This document shows, piece after piece, positions 14,108 through 22,809 of a stretch of DNA of 64,000 nt. This DNA is from Candidatus Rokubacteria bacterium 13_1_40CM_69_27 (lineage in GTDB: Bacteria > Methylomirabilota > Methylomirabilia > Rokubacteriales > CSP1-6), in contig MNEF01000106.1 of the NCBI GenBank assembly GCA_001917535.1, forward strand, positions 1,511 to 65,510, in the 5' to 3' direction. The stretch's first letter is position 1. Each line of letters starts with the position of its first letter. The notes below the pieces were generated by a model that made no database searches, was not told the origin of the DNA, and saw nothing but the letters and a program-made list of their open reading frames with translations. The translations under genes were made by a program, and so were the position numbers.

Positions 14108-14434
14108 ATGAAGATCCGAGTGAGGGAGCTCGCGCAGTTCCGTCCGGACAAGATGGCGAAGATCGCGCTGGCGACGACGGCGCGGACCCAGCTCGACCTC
14201 TACTGCCTAGCGCCGGGGCAGGAGCAGAAGCCGCACGCCCATCAGGACCAGGACAAGATCTACTTCGTCCTCGAGGGCCGCGGTCGCGTCTTCCTGGACG
14301 GGCGGGAGGAGACGGTGGACGCGGGGGAGGCGGTGGTGGCTCCGGCCGGCACGACTCACGGCCTGGTCAATGCGGGAACCACCCCGCTGCTGGCCCTCGT
14401 CGTCGTCACGCCCCCGCCGCCGCACAGCGCATGA
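14108..14434 (+). CDS. Cupin-domain protein
   Basis: PHAH-x4-KIYFVLEG and APAGTTHG motifs. Confidence 0.88.
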   Translation: MKIRVRELAQFRPDKMAKIALATTARTQLDLYCLAPGQEQKPHAHQDQDKIYFVLEGRGRVFLDGREETVDAGEAVVAPAGTTHGLVNAGTTPLLALVVVTPPPPHSA

Positions 14435-15243
14435 ACGAACCCGGGAAGGCTCCGATCAGGGCCTCGCTGATGATCACGTGCCTGGGGGACATGTTCTACC
14501 CCGAGGTCGGCGTCCGCATCGTCCGCCTGCTGCGGCGCCTGGGCATCGACGTCGACTTTCCCCGCGGCCAGACCTGTTGCGGCCTCCCGCTGTTCAACTC
14601 CGGTTATCACGCCGAGGCGGCCAAGGTCGCGCGGCGGACGCTCCCGTTGTTCCGCGATTCTCAACACGTCGTCGTGCCGTCGGGCTCCTGCGCCTGGATG
14701 GTCAAGCACGAGTACCCGGGACTGATGCGCGAGCCCGGCCTCCGAGCCGAGGCCGAGCGCCAGGCGCACCGGACGTTCGAGCTCTCCCAGTTCCTGGTCT
14801 CGGTCCTCGGCCGGACGGAGTTCCGGAGCGCCGTGCCCGGGCGCGTCACCTACCACGACTCCTGCCACCTCTTGCGTGGCCTCGGGGAAGCCGGGAGCCC
14901 GCGGGCCATCCTCAAGAGGCTCGCGGGCGCCGAGTTCGTGGAGTTGCCCGGCGGCGACGAGTGCTGCGGCTTCGGCGGCTCCTTCTCGGTGCGTCTGCCC
15001 GAGGTGTCGACGGCCATCCTCGACAAGAAGCTGGCCAACATCGAGGCGACGGGCGCCGGCTGCGTGGTCGCCTGCGACGCCGGGTGTCTCATGCAGATGA
15101 GCGGCGGGCTGCGCCGGCGGGGGTCGAAGGTGCGGGCCCTTCACCTGGCCGAGCTGCTTCAATCGGAGGGGGCCTCGACGGCCCCCTCCGAAACCTCCCC
15201 CAAAACGGATTGCGCCGGCGAAGCCGGCGCTCGGACCCCGTGA
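14431..15243 (+). CDS. lutA: Lactate utilization protein A (CCG Fe-S); C-terminal tail encoded by repeat A
   Basis: QTCCG, PSGSC, YHDSCH, ECCGFGG. Confidence 0.9.
   Translation: MNEPGKAPIRASLMITCLGDMFYPEVGVRIVRLLRRLGIDVDFPRGQTCCGLPLFNSGYHAEAAKVARRTLPLFRDSQHVVVPSGSCAWMVKHEYPGLMREPGLRAEAERQAHRTFELSQFLVSVLGRTEFRSAVPGRVTYHDSCHLLRGLGEAGSPRAILKRLAGAEFVELPGGDECCGFGGSFSVRLPEVSTAILDKKLANIEATGAGCVVACDAGCLMQMSGGLRRRGSKVRALHLAELLQSEGASTAPSETSPKTDCAGEAGARTP
15162..15235 (+). repeat. Repeat family A, copy 2 (inside the lutA 3' end)
   Basis: ATCGGAGGGGGCC-TCGAC-GGCCCCCTCCGA-AACCTCCCC...GCGCCGGC-GAA-GCCGGCGC-TCGG, translated as SEGASTAPSETSPKTDCAGEAGAR. Confidence 0.88.
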
Positions 15244-16634
15244 GTTTCCGTCAGCGAGCCGCCAGCGCGCTCAACGACGCCTCCTTGCAGGAAGCGCTGA
15301 CGATCGCGACGACCAAGTTCATCGAGCTGCGTCGGGAGGCCTTCGACGGCTTCCCCCAGGGCGAGCGCCTCCGCGACCGAGCCCGCCAGATCAAGGAAGC
15401 CACCCTCCAACAGCTGGATCACTACGTCGAGCGCCTGGTCGACAACGTGGAGCGGCTGGGCGGCCACGCTCACTACGCGGTCACGGCCGAGGAGGCGCGG
15501 GACATCGTCCTCGAGATCGCCAAGCGGGGGGGCGCCCGGATGGCGGTCAAGACCAAGTCGATGGCGACCGAGGAGATCGAACTGAACGAGGCGCTGACCC
15601 GGGCCGGGATCACGCCGGTGGAGACAGATCTGGGAGAGTACATCATCCAGCTCGCGCACGAGAAGCCCTCGCACATCATCGCGCCGGCAATCCACAAGAC
15701 CAAAGGGCAGGTGGCCCAGCTGTTCGCGCGCGAGCTCAAGCGCGAGGTCGCCGCCGATGCCGAGGTCCTCACGCGGATCGCGCGGGCGGAGCTGCGCGAC
15801 AAGTTTCTCAGGGCCGAGGTCGGGATCACCGGCGCCAACTTCGCGGTGGCGGACACGGGAACAGTGGTGCTGGTGACCAACGAGGGCAACGGGCGGATGG
15901 TGACCTCGCTACCCCGCGTGCACATCGCGGTGATGGGCGTGGAGAAGGTCGTGCCCTCGATGACCGATCTGATGATCTTCCTGGCCATCCTGGCCAAGAG
16001 CGCGACCGGGCAGAAGCTCTCCGTCTACACGACCCTCGTCCAGGGACCGCGAAGGCCGGGTGAGCTGGAGGGCCCGGACGAGTTCCATCTCGTGCTCCTC
16101 GACAACGGGCGCATCACGCAGCTGGCCGGACCATTGCGGGAGGCGCTCTCCTGCCTCCGCTGCGGCGCCTGCCTGAACGTCTGCCCGGTCTACCGCCAGA
16201 TCGGCGGCCACGCCTACGGCTACACCTATCCTGGGCCCATCGGTATTCTGTTGACGGCCATGCTGCACGGTCAGGAGTCGGTCAAGGAGCTGGCCCACGC
16301 CTCGTCCCTGTGCGGCGCCTGCGCCGATGCGTGTCCCGTCAGGATCGACATTCCCCGCATGCTGATCGAGCTGCGCCAGGGCGGCGTCGAGAGCAAGACC
16401 GCGCCCTGGGCCGAGCGCGTCGTGTTCAAGACCCTGGGCCGCCTGCTCACCCGGCCGGCGCTCTATCGTCTGTCGGCGCGCCTGGCGCGGCTGTTCCAGC
16501 GCCCCTTTGTGCGCGATGGCGTCATCCGCCGGCTGCCGCTCTTCTTCGGCCACTGGACGCGGACGCGCGATCTGCCGCCGGTGGCGGCGCCCACGTTCTC
16601 CGAGCGCTGGGCCGAGCTGGAGCGCGAGTCATGA
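15240..16634 (+). CDS. lutB: Lactate utilization protein B (Fe-S)
   Basis: KSMATEEI, ETDLGEYIIQL, NEGNGR, CLRCGACLNVCP; GTGA overlap with lutA. Confidence 0.93.
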   Translation: MSFRQRAASALNDASLQEALTIATTKFIELRREAFDGFPQGERLRDRARQIKEATLQQLDHYVERLVDNVERLGGHAHYAVTAEEARDIVLEIAKRGGARMAVKTKSMATEEIELNEALTRAGITPVETDLGEYIIQLAHEKPSHIIAPAIHKTKGQVAQLFARELKREVAADAEVLTRIARAELRDKFLRAEVGITGANFAVADTGTVVLVTNEGNGRMVTSLPRVHIAVMGVEKVVPSMTDLMIFLAILAKSATGQKLSVYTTLVQGPRRPGELEGPDEFHLVLLDNGRITQLAGPLREALSCLRCGACLNVCPVYRQIGGHAYGYTYPGPIGILLTAMLHGQESVKELAHASSLCGACADACPVRIDIPRMLIELRQGGVESKTAPWAERVVFKTLGRLLTRPALYRLSARLARLFQRPFVRDGVIRRLPLFFGHWTRTRDLPPVAAPTFSERWAELERES

Positions 16635-17368
16635 CGCGTCAGGAGTTCTTGGCCCGGATCCGCGGGGAGATGAGGAAGACCTCAGGACTCTTCGCCGCGT
16701 CCGTGGCTGAGCGCCCCGCGCACCCCCAGCGGATCGCCGACACCCTCCGCCGCGAGCTCTCCGAGCGCTGGCCGGAGACCCTGGAGGTCTTCCGGCGCGA
16801 GTTCGAGCGCGTCGGGGGCATCTTCTACCGCGTGCCGTCCCTCGCAGAGGTGCCGGAGGTCGTGGGCGCCCTGGCGCGGGAGCGGGGCGCGCGCCGCGTG
16901 ATCGCCTGGCACCCTTCGGCGCTCCGCGCCGATCTCAGTGGCCCGCTGATGGCGCAGGATCTCGAGACCCACCTCATGCCACCCGGCGGGCTCCCGGAGG
17001 CCGAGCGGCACGGGCTGCGGGCCCACATCGCCGAGGCGGACCTCGGCCTCACCGGCGTCGACCTGGCCGTGGCCGAGACGGGGACGCTGGTGCTGGTGTC
17101 GGGCGCCGGGCGCCCCCGGTCCACCGCGCTCCTGCCGCCCTACCACGTCGCGGTCTTCGATCGCACCGCGCTGGTCGAGTCGCTCCAGCAGCTCGGCGTC
17201 GTTCTGGAATCGTGGCATGAAGGCCAGCCGCCGGTGGGGCGGGGCGGCGCCATTCACTTCATCACGGGGCCCAGCCGCACGGCTGACATCGAGCTCACTC
17301 TGACCCGCGGCGTGCACGGACCGAAGGAGGTGCACGCGATCTTCGTGGACGCGCCGTTCGTTGGCTGA
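16631..17368 (+). CDS. lutC: Lactate utilization protein C (LUD domain)
   Basis: AETGTLVL, ITGPSRTADIELTLTRGVHGP. Confidence 0.9.
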   Translation: MTRQEFLARIRGEMRKTSGLFAASVAERPAHPQRIADTLRRELSERWPETLEVFRREFERVGGIFYRVPSLAEVPEVVGALARERGARRVIAWHPSALRADLSGPLMAQDLETHLMPPGGLPEAERHGLRAHIAEADLGLTGVDLAVAETGTLVLVSGAGRPRSTALLPPYHVAVFDRTALVESLQQLGVVLESWHEGQPPVGRGGAIHFITGPSRTADIELTLTRGVHGPKEVHAIFVDAPFVG

Positions 17369-17762
17369 CCGGTACTTCTCGCCCGCCGAGGTGGAGGCCC
17401 TGATCCCCGCGCTCACCGAGCTCGTGGAGCGCGTGATGGCGGGGCACCGGGAGGCCAGCGCCGCGCGGGAGCGCATGCAGGCCGAGCAGCAGCGGATCAC
17501 GCTGGCGGGCGGCGGCATCCTCGACCGGGAGGCATGGCAGGCGGAGCGCCAGCGCCTCGACCGCGTCCTCGAGCGTATCCAGGAGGCCCTCAACGAGATT
17601 CTGGCCCTGGGGGGCGTACCCAAGGATCTGGAGCTGGGCCTCGTCGACTTCCCCCATCTACGCCACGGCCAGGAAGTGAACCTCTGCTGGAAGTGTGGCG
17701 AGCGTGAGATCCGCTACTGGCACGGCCTCGACGAAGGCTACGCCGGGCGGAAACCCCTCTGA
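17361..17762 (+). CDS. DUF2203-like protein
   Basis: RYFSPAEVEALIP, KDLELGLVDFP, LCWKCGE, WHGLDEGYAGRKPL. Confidence 0.82.
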   Translation: MADRYFSPAEVEALIPALTELVERVMAGHREASAARERMQAEQQRITLAGGGILDREAWQAERQRLDRVLERIQEALNEILALGGVPKDLELGLVDFPHLRHGQEVNLCWKCGEREIRYWHGLDEGYAGRKPL

Positions 17763-17767
17763 GCGCC

Positions 17768-18526
17768 ATGGCCTACCGCGCGGTGCTCTTCGATCTGTTC
17801 GACACGCTGGTGCGCTTCGACCGCGAGCGCCTGCCCGCGGTGGAGCTCAACGGGCGCGTGGTCCGGTCCACCGCCGGGCACCTCCATCCGCTCCTGCAGG
17901 CCCTGGCACCCGAGGTGACGCTCGACGCCTTCCACGTCGCCCTCAGCCAGAGCTGGCAGGAGGCCGAGCGCCGGCGGGCGATCGATCACCGTGAGGTCCC
18001 GGCCCCCGAGCGCTTCGCCGAACTCTTCCGCTGTCTGGGCCTCGATGCGGCCGCCTGCCCGCACGCCGTGATGCAGAGCCTGCTCGAGACCCACCGGCGT
18101 GAGCTCTCCAAGGCCGCGGAGTTCCCGAGCCACCACGGTCCGCTCCTGGCCGATCTCGCCCGTCGGTACCGCCTGGCCGTCGTCTCCAACTTCGACTACA
18201 CGCCGACGGCCCTCGGCATCCTCGAGTCGGCGGGCGTCGCCGACCTGTTCACCGCGGTTCTGGTCTCGGATGCCGTCGGCTGGCGCAAGCCGGCGCCGGC
18301 GATCTACCATGAGGCCTTGCGACAGCTCGGGGTCGGACCCGGGGAAGCGCTCTTCGTCGGCGACCGCGCCGACATCGACGTGCTGGGCGCCCACCGTGTC
18401 GGCATGCACGCGGCATGGCTCAACCGGGAGGGCCAGGCGCTGCCACCGGGGGTGGCGCCGCCCCGGTTCGAGATCCGTGACCTGGCCGAGCTGCGCGGTA
18501 TCCTGGCGGCCGAGGACCGCATCTAA
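17768..18526 (+). CDS. HAD-superfamily hydrolase
   Basis: DLFDTL, VSN, RKP, VGDRADIDV motifs. Confidence 0.9.
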   Translation: MAYRAVLFDLFDTLVRFDRERLPAVELNGRVVRSTAGHLHPLLQALAPEVTLDAFHVALSQSWQEAERRRAIDHREVPAPERFAELFRCLGLDAAACPHAVMQSLLETHRRELSKAAEFPSHHGPLLADLARRYRLAVVSNFDYTPTALGILESAGVADLFTAVLVSDAVGWRKPAPAIYHEALRQLGVGPGEALFVGDRADIDVLGAHRVGMHAAWLNREGQALPPGVAPPRFEIRDLAELRGILAAEDRI

Positions 18527-18536
18527 TATTGCGGAC

Positions 18537-18590
18537 GTGCGAGCCGCAGGACGGCCGGGGGCTGGGGCCCCCGCGTCCGAGGCGAGCCTA
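18537..18590 (+). repeat. Repeat family B, copy 1 (short form)
   Basis: GTGCGAGCCGCAGGACGGCCGGGGGCTGGGGCCCCCGCGTCCGAGGCGAGCCTA matches the copies at 20389 and 42409. Confidence 0.85.
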
Positions 18591-18612
18591 GAGTAAGGAG
18601 GCACGGGGGACT

Positions 18613-19548
18613 ATGACGGCGCGCAAGGTGATCATCATCGGCTCCGGCCCGGCGGGCTACACGGCCGCCATCTATGCGGCCCGGGCCAACCTGGCGCCGC
18701 TCATGTTCATCGGCGTGCAGTCCGGCGGTCAGCTGATGCTCACCACGCTGGTCGAGAACTATCCCGGCTTCGTCGACGGCCTCATGGGGCCGGAGCTGAT
18801 GGAGACGTTCCGGAAGCAGGCCGAGCGCTTCGGCACCGAGATGATCGCCGAGGACGTGACCTCGGTGGACTTCAGGCGCCGGCCCTTCGTGGTGCGGGTG
18901 GGGGAGACGGAGTACCAGAGCCACACCGTCATCATCGCCACGGGCGCCTCGGCCAAGCTGCTGGGGCTCGAGAACGAGATGAAGCTGATGGGGCGCGGGG
19001 TCAGCACCTGCGCCACCTGCGACGGGTTCTTCTTCAAGGATCAGGACATCATGGTCGTGGGCGGCGGCGACTCTGCGATGGAGGAGGCGCTCTACCTCTC
19101 CCGTCTGGGCCGGGCGGTCACGGTCGTCCACCGGCGGGACGCGCTGCGGGCCTCCAAGATCATGCAGGAGCGCGCCTTCAAGAACCCGAGGATCTCGTTC
19201 GTGTGGAACAGCGCCCTGGACGACATCTTCGACATCCGCCAGGGCAAGGTCACGGGTGTGCGGCTCAAGAATCTGGCCACCGGCGCCCTCACCGAGCGGA
19301 TGGTGGACGGGCTCTTCATCGCGATCGGACACGAGCCGAACACCCAGATCTTCCGGGGCCAGGTGGACCTGCTGCCCAACGGCTACATCAAGGTCGTCCC
19401 CGGCACGATGCAGACCTCCGTGCTGGGCGTCTTCGCCGCCGGCGACGCCCAGGACTACGTCTATCGCCAGGCCGTCACCGCCGCCGGGACCGGGTGCATG
19501 GCTGCGCTCGAGGCCGAGCGCTACCTGGAGGCCACCCAGCCGCACTGA
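18613..19548 (+). CDS. trxB: Thioredoxin-disulfide reductase
   Basis: GSGPAG, CATCDG, GGGDSA, YRQAVTAAGTG. Confidence 0.97.
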   Translation: MTARKVIIIGSGPAGYTAAIYAARANLAPLMFIGVQSGGQLMLTTLVENYPGFVDGLMGPELMETFRKQAERFGTEMIAEDVTSVDFRRRPFVVRVGETEYQSHTVIIATGASAKLLGLENEMKLMGRGVSTCATCDGFFFKDQDIMVVGGGDSAMEEALYLSRLGRAVTVVHRRDALRASKIMQERAFKNPRISFVWNSALDDIFDIRQGKVTGVRLKNLATGALTERMVDGLFIAIGHEPNTQIFRGQVDLLPNGYIKVVPGTMQTSVLGVFAAGDAQDYVYRQAVTAAGTGCMAALEAERYLEATQPH

Positions 19549-19579
19549 AACCGGGCGCCCGGGGGGCACGCCCCCGGCG

Positions 19580-20389
19580 TCAGGTCCCGACGCGCAGCGA
19601 GGCTCCGAGGTCTCTCAGCAGTGCGATCGTGGAGAGGTAGGAGAGCTTGCCGGTGCGCGGGTTCTCCGAGGGGACGTTTTCGATCTCGACCGCGAGCCGA
19701 CCGAACTCGCCCTCCATCGTGACCCGGTGCGCGTTCATCTGGAGGCCCGGGACCGCATAGATGCGGATCCGGGTCTTCTCGGGGCCGATCCCCGCCAGGG
19801 ACAGCGCGGCCAGCACGTTGACGTTGGCCGGGAAGGCCCGACAGGCCTCGGTGGCCGGGCCCTCGAAGATGAGCGTCTCGGCCGCGATCGCGTCGAGGTC
19901 GATCTTCTGCTGGACGATCCACGGCGCTCCGGCCAATCCCCGTGGGGGCTTGCGCGTCTCCATGGTCACCGCGGTGACCGTCCCGACACGCGCGCCCTTG
20001 ACGCCGTCGAGACCGGCGATGGCGGCGGACGGAACGTAGATCCGGCAGCGGTTGGCTTCGGCCAGCGCGACCCAGTCCCCGCGTCCGAGGAGCCCGCCCG
20101 AGGAGAGCACGACCAGGTCGCGCCCGACGCCCAGCGCCTTCGGCGCGATTTCCTCCAGATGGGCCTGCGTCGAAGCCTCGACGACGAGCTCGGAGGCGGC
20201 GATGAGGTCGTCGAGGGGCAGGAAGGGCGGGCGCCCGGCGAGCCCGTGCAGGAAGCGCTCGGCGCGCTCGCGATCGCGGGCCAGCGCGCCCGCCAGCCTG
20301 AGGCCTGGAATCCCCGCGTCCAGCGCGCGGCACACCGCGCGGCCGATGGCGCCGAGGCCGACGACGCCGACGTTGCGCGTCTTCATCAT
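19580..20389 (-). CDS. nadX: L-aspartate dehydrogenase-like protein
   Basis: GLGAIG Rossmann motif, FPANVNV, NAH, ENPRTG. Confidence 0.85.
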   Translation of the reverse strand: MMKTRNVGVVGLGAIGRAVCRALDAGIPGLRLAGALARDRERAERFLHGLAGRPPFLPLDDLIAASELVVEASTQAHLEEIAPKALGVGRDLVVLSSGGLLGRGDWVALAEANRCRIYVPSAAIAGLDGVKGARVGTVTAVTMETRKPPRGLAGAPWIVQQKIDLDAIAAETLIFEGPATEACRAFPANVNVLAALSLAGIGPEKTRIRIYAVPGLQMNAHRVTMEGEFGRLAVEIENVPSENPRTGKLSYLSTIALLRDLGASLRVGT

Positions 20390-20505
20390 AGGCTCGCCTC
20401 GGACGGGCGGGACTTCCCAGTTTCGCTCGCTTCGGGCGCAGGGGCCCCAGCCCCTGGCCGCCCTGCGGCTCGCCCAGCGGCTCGCCGGCGTCCTGCGGCT
20501 CGCAC
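20389..20505 (-). repeat. Repeat family B, copy 2 (long form), abutting the nadX start
   Basis: Reverse complement aligns nearly end to end with 42409-42525 and ends ...CCGAGGCGAGCCT-ATG. Confidence 0.88.
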
Positions 20506-20522
20506 TACCAGTTTCACGGCGA

Positions 20523-20540
20523 CGGCATGATATCATGCCG
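20523..20540. promoter_or_regulatory. Perfect 18-bp palindrome: bidirectional extended -10 or operator
   Basis: CGGCATGATATCATGCCG between divergent genes; reads TG-A-TATCAT on both strands. Confidence 0.55.
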
Positions 20541-20552
20541 CCAGAGCGGCGA

Positions 20553-21428
20553 ATGAGACGAGCCGGCGCCCTGGGCGAGTCGCTCGAGCGGCTCTATCGC
20601 GAGTTCGATTACGCCGCGCGTGTCGGGCGCGACGCCCTTCAGTTCCCTCTCCGCTACGCCGATCCCCGCGACCGCGAGATCGTCAGCCTGCTCACCGCGT
20701 GCCTCGCCTACGGCCGGGTGGAGCTGTTCGGGCGGGCGCTCGACGGTGTGCTGGCGGCCATGGGCCCGTCGCCGGCCGCCTTCGTGGCCGGGTTCGATCC
20801 CCGCCGCGACGCCGGCGCGTTCGCGGCCTTCCGCTATCGCTTCAACCGCCCGCGTGACCTGGTCGCGTTCTGCATCGCGACCCGCGACCTGCTGGCCCGC
20901 CACGGCACCCTCGAGAAGTGCTTCCTAGCGGGCGACGGCGACGGGCGGGGACCCATCGGGCCCGCGCTGGAGCGCTTCGTCCACGCCTTCCTCGATGCCG
21001 ATCTGCGCGAGGTCTTCCCGCGGGGCCGGCTCTCCCGCGGTTACCGCCACCTGTTTCCGCTGCCGTCGGCCGGGGGCCCGTGCAAGCGCCTGCACCTGTT
21101 CCTCCGCTGGGTGGTTCGACGCGAGCCGCCCGACTTCGGTCTCTGGGCCTCCGTCTCGCCGTCGCGGCTCCTCATCCCCGTCGACACTCATGTCGAGAAC
21201 ATGAGCCGCGCCATCGGGCTCACTCGCCGCCGCAGCCGGACCTGGCGGATGGTCGAGGAGATCACCCGGCGCCTCGCCCGCATCGACCCCGCGGATCCGG
21301 TGAAGTACGACTTCGCGCTCTGTCACAAACGGATGTCGGGCGACTGTCGCGACCGCCGTGATCGCGTCGTCTGCGGGCCCTGCGGCCTGCGCGGCGTGTG
21401 CCGGCACTGGAGGGGGCACCGTGCTTGA
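20553..21428 (+). CDS. TIGR02757/DUF2400-like protein with a C-terminal 4-Cys motif
   Basis: LAYGRV, CKRLHLFLRWVVR, IPVDTHV, DPADPVKYDFALCH; C-x8-C-x2-C-x5-C tail. Confidence 0.85.
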   Translation: MRRAGALGESLERLYREFDYAARVGRDALQFPLRYADPRDREIVSLLTACLAYGRVELFGRALDGVLAAMGPSPAAFVAGFDPRRDAGAFAAFRYRFNRPRDLVAFCIATRDLLARHGTLEKCFLAGDGDGRGPIGPALERFVHAFLDADLREVFPRGRLSRGYRHLFPLPSAGGPCKRLHLFLRWVVRREPPDFGLWASVSPSRLLIPVDTHVENMSRAIGLTRRRSRTWRMVEEITRRLARIDPADPVKYDFALCHKRMSGDCRDRRDRVVCGPCGLRGVCRHWRGHRA

Positions 21429-22809
21429 ACTCGGGCTGATCGTGGGGGGGCTGATCATCGGCGCGAGCCTGGCGTGGATCGTGGCCCGCGGCCAGTACGT
21501 AGCGGCGGCCCTGGCCGAGCGGGAGGTGCTCGGCGCGCGCCTGGCCGCGACCGAGGCCCTCGGGGACGAGCTGCGGAAGCAGCTCACCCAGCACGACCTG
21601 CAGGTGTCGGAGCTGCGCCACGCGCTCGAGGACGAGCGGACGCTGCGCGCCCAGGCGGAAACGCGGTGGGAGGCGGCTCGCGAAAACCTGGAAGCGCAGC
21701 GACGGCTCTTCGACCAGGCCCAGGGGCAGCTCGGGGACGTGTTCAAGGCCTTGAGCGCCGACGCCCTTCGGGAGACCAACTCGGAGTTCCTGGCGCTGGC
21801 CAAGGAGCGTCTGGAGGGCGAGCTGGGGCGCCGCCAGGAGGCCCTCGACAACCTCGTGCGTCCGCTCCAGGAGGCGCTCGGGCGGTACGAGGTGCAGCTC
21901 CGCGAGCTCGAGGCCAGCCGCCAGCAGGCCTACGGCAGCCTGGAGGCACAGGTGCGCACGCTCACGCTCCACAGCGCCGAGCTCCAGCGTGAAACGGGGA
22001 ACCTGGTCACCGCGCTTCGCGCCCCCAACGTGCGCGGGCGGTGGGGAGAGATCACGCTCCACCGCGTGGTGGAGCTGGCCGGGATGACGGCGCACTGCGA
22101 CTACGTCGAGCAGGTCACGGTCGAGGGTGAGCACGGACGCCTGCGCCCCGACATGGTCGTGCACCTGCCGGCCGGACGCCAGATCATCGTGGACGCCAAA
22201 GTCCCGCTGGCCGCCTATCTCGATACGGTGACCGCGAAGACGCCCGAGGAGCGCGCCGCCGGGCTGGCCCGCCATGCCCAGCAGGTGCGCCAGCACATGA
22301 CGGCGCTGGCCGGCAAGGCCTACTGGGAGGAATTCGGCAAGGCCGCCGAGCTGGTGGTCATGTTCATCCCCGGCGAGGCCTTCGTCGCAGCGGCGGTGGA
22401 CGTCGACGCCTCCCTGATCGAGGACGGCATGGCCCGGCAAGTGGTGATCGCGACGCCTACGACGCTCATGGCGCTGCTGCGCGCCATCGCGTTCGGCTGG
22501 CGGCAGGAGCAGATCACCACCAACGCCGAGGAGATCAGCGAGCTGGGGCGCCAGCTGTACGACCGTCTGCGGATCCTGGGCGAACACTTCGACGAGGTCG
22601 GGCGGTCCATGGCGCGCGCCACCGCCGCGTTCAACCGGGCCGTGGCCTCGATGGAATCGCGAGTGCTGCCGGCGGCGCGGAGGTTCCGGGAGCTCGGTGT
22701 CGCCACCGGCGGGGAGATCCCGGTCCTCGAAGCCCTGGACCAGCAGCCCCGGGAGTTGAACGCGCCCGAGTTCCCGCGCCAGCTCAACGCCCCCGAACTG
22801 GCGCCGTGA
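21421..22809 (+). CDS. rmuC: DNA recombination protein RmuC
   Basis: N-terminal TM segment and coiled coil, RGRWGE, RPD, DAK, MFIPGE, TPTTL. Confidence 0.93.
   Translation: MLELGLIVGGLIIGASLAWIVARGQYVAAALAEREVLGARLAATEALGDELRKQLTQHDLQVSELRHALEDERTLRAQAETRWEAARENLEAQRRLFDQAQGQLGDVFKALSADALRETNSEFLALAKERLEGELGRRQEALDNLVRPLQEALGRYEVQLRELEASRQQAYGSLEAQVRTLTLHSAELQRETGNLVTALRAPNVRGRWGEITLHRVVELAGMTAHCDYVEQVTVEGEHGRLRPDMVVHLPAGRQIIVDAKVPLAAYLDTVTAKTPEERAAGLARHAQQVRQHMTALAGKAYWEEFGKAAELVVMFIPGEAFVAAAVDVDASLIEDGMARQVVIATPTTLMALLRAIAFGWRQEQITTNAEEISELGRQLYDRLRILGEHFDEVGRSMARATAAFNRAVASMESRVLPAARRFRELGVATGGEIPVLEALDQQPRELNAPEFPRQLNAPELAP

Noticed and set aside
19550-19580. GC hairpins between convergent genes here and near 35399-35423
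   Set aside because: Short GC stems with no U tract; cannot be distinguished from chance.
22746-22806. Short duplication at the RmuC C-terminus (PRELNAPE / PRQLNAPE)
   Set aside because: Real, but a minor local tandem duplication in a disordered tail.
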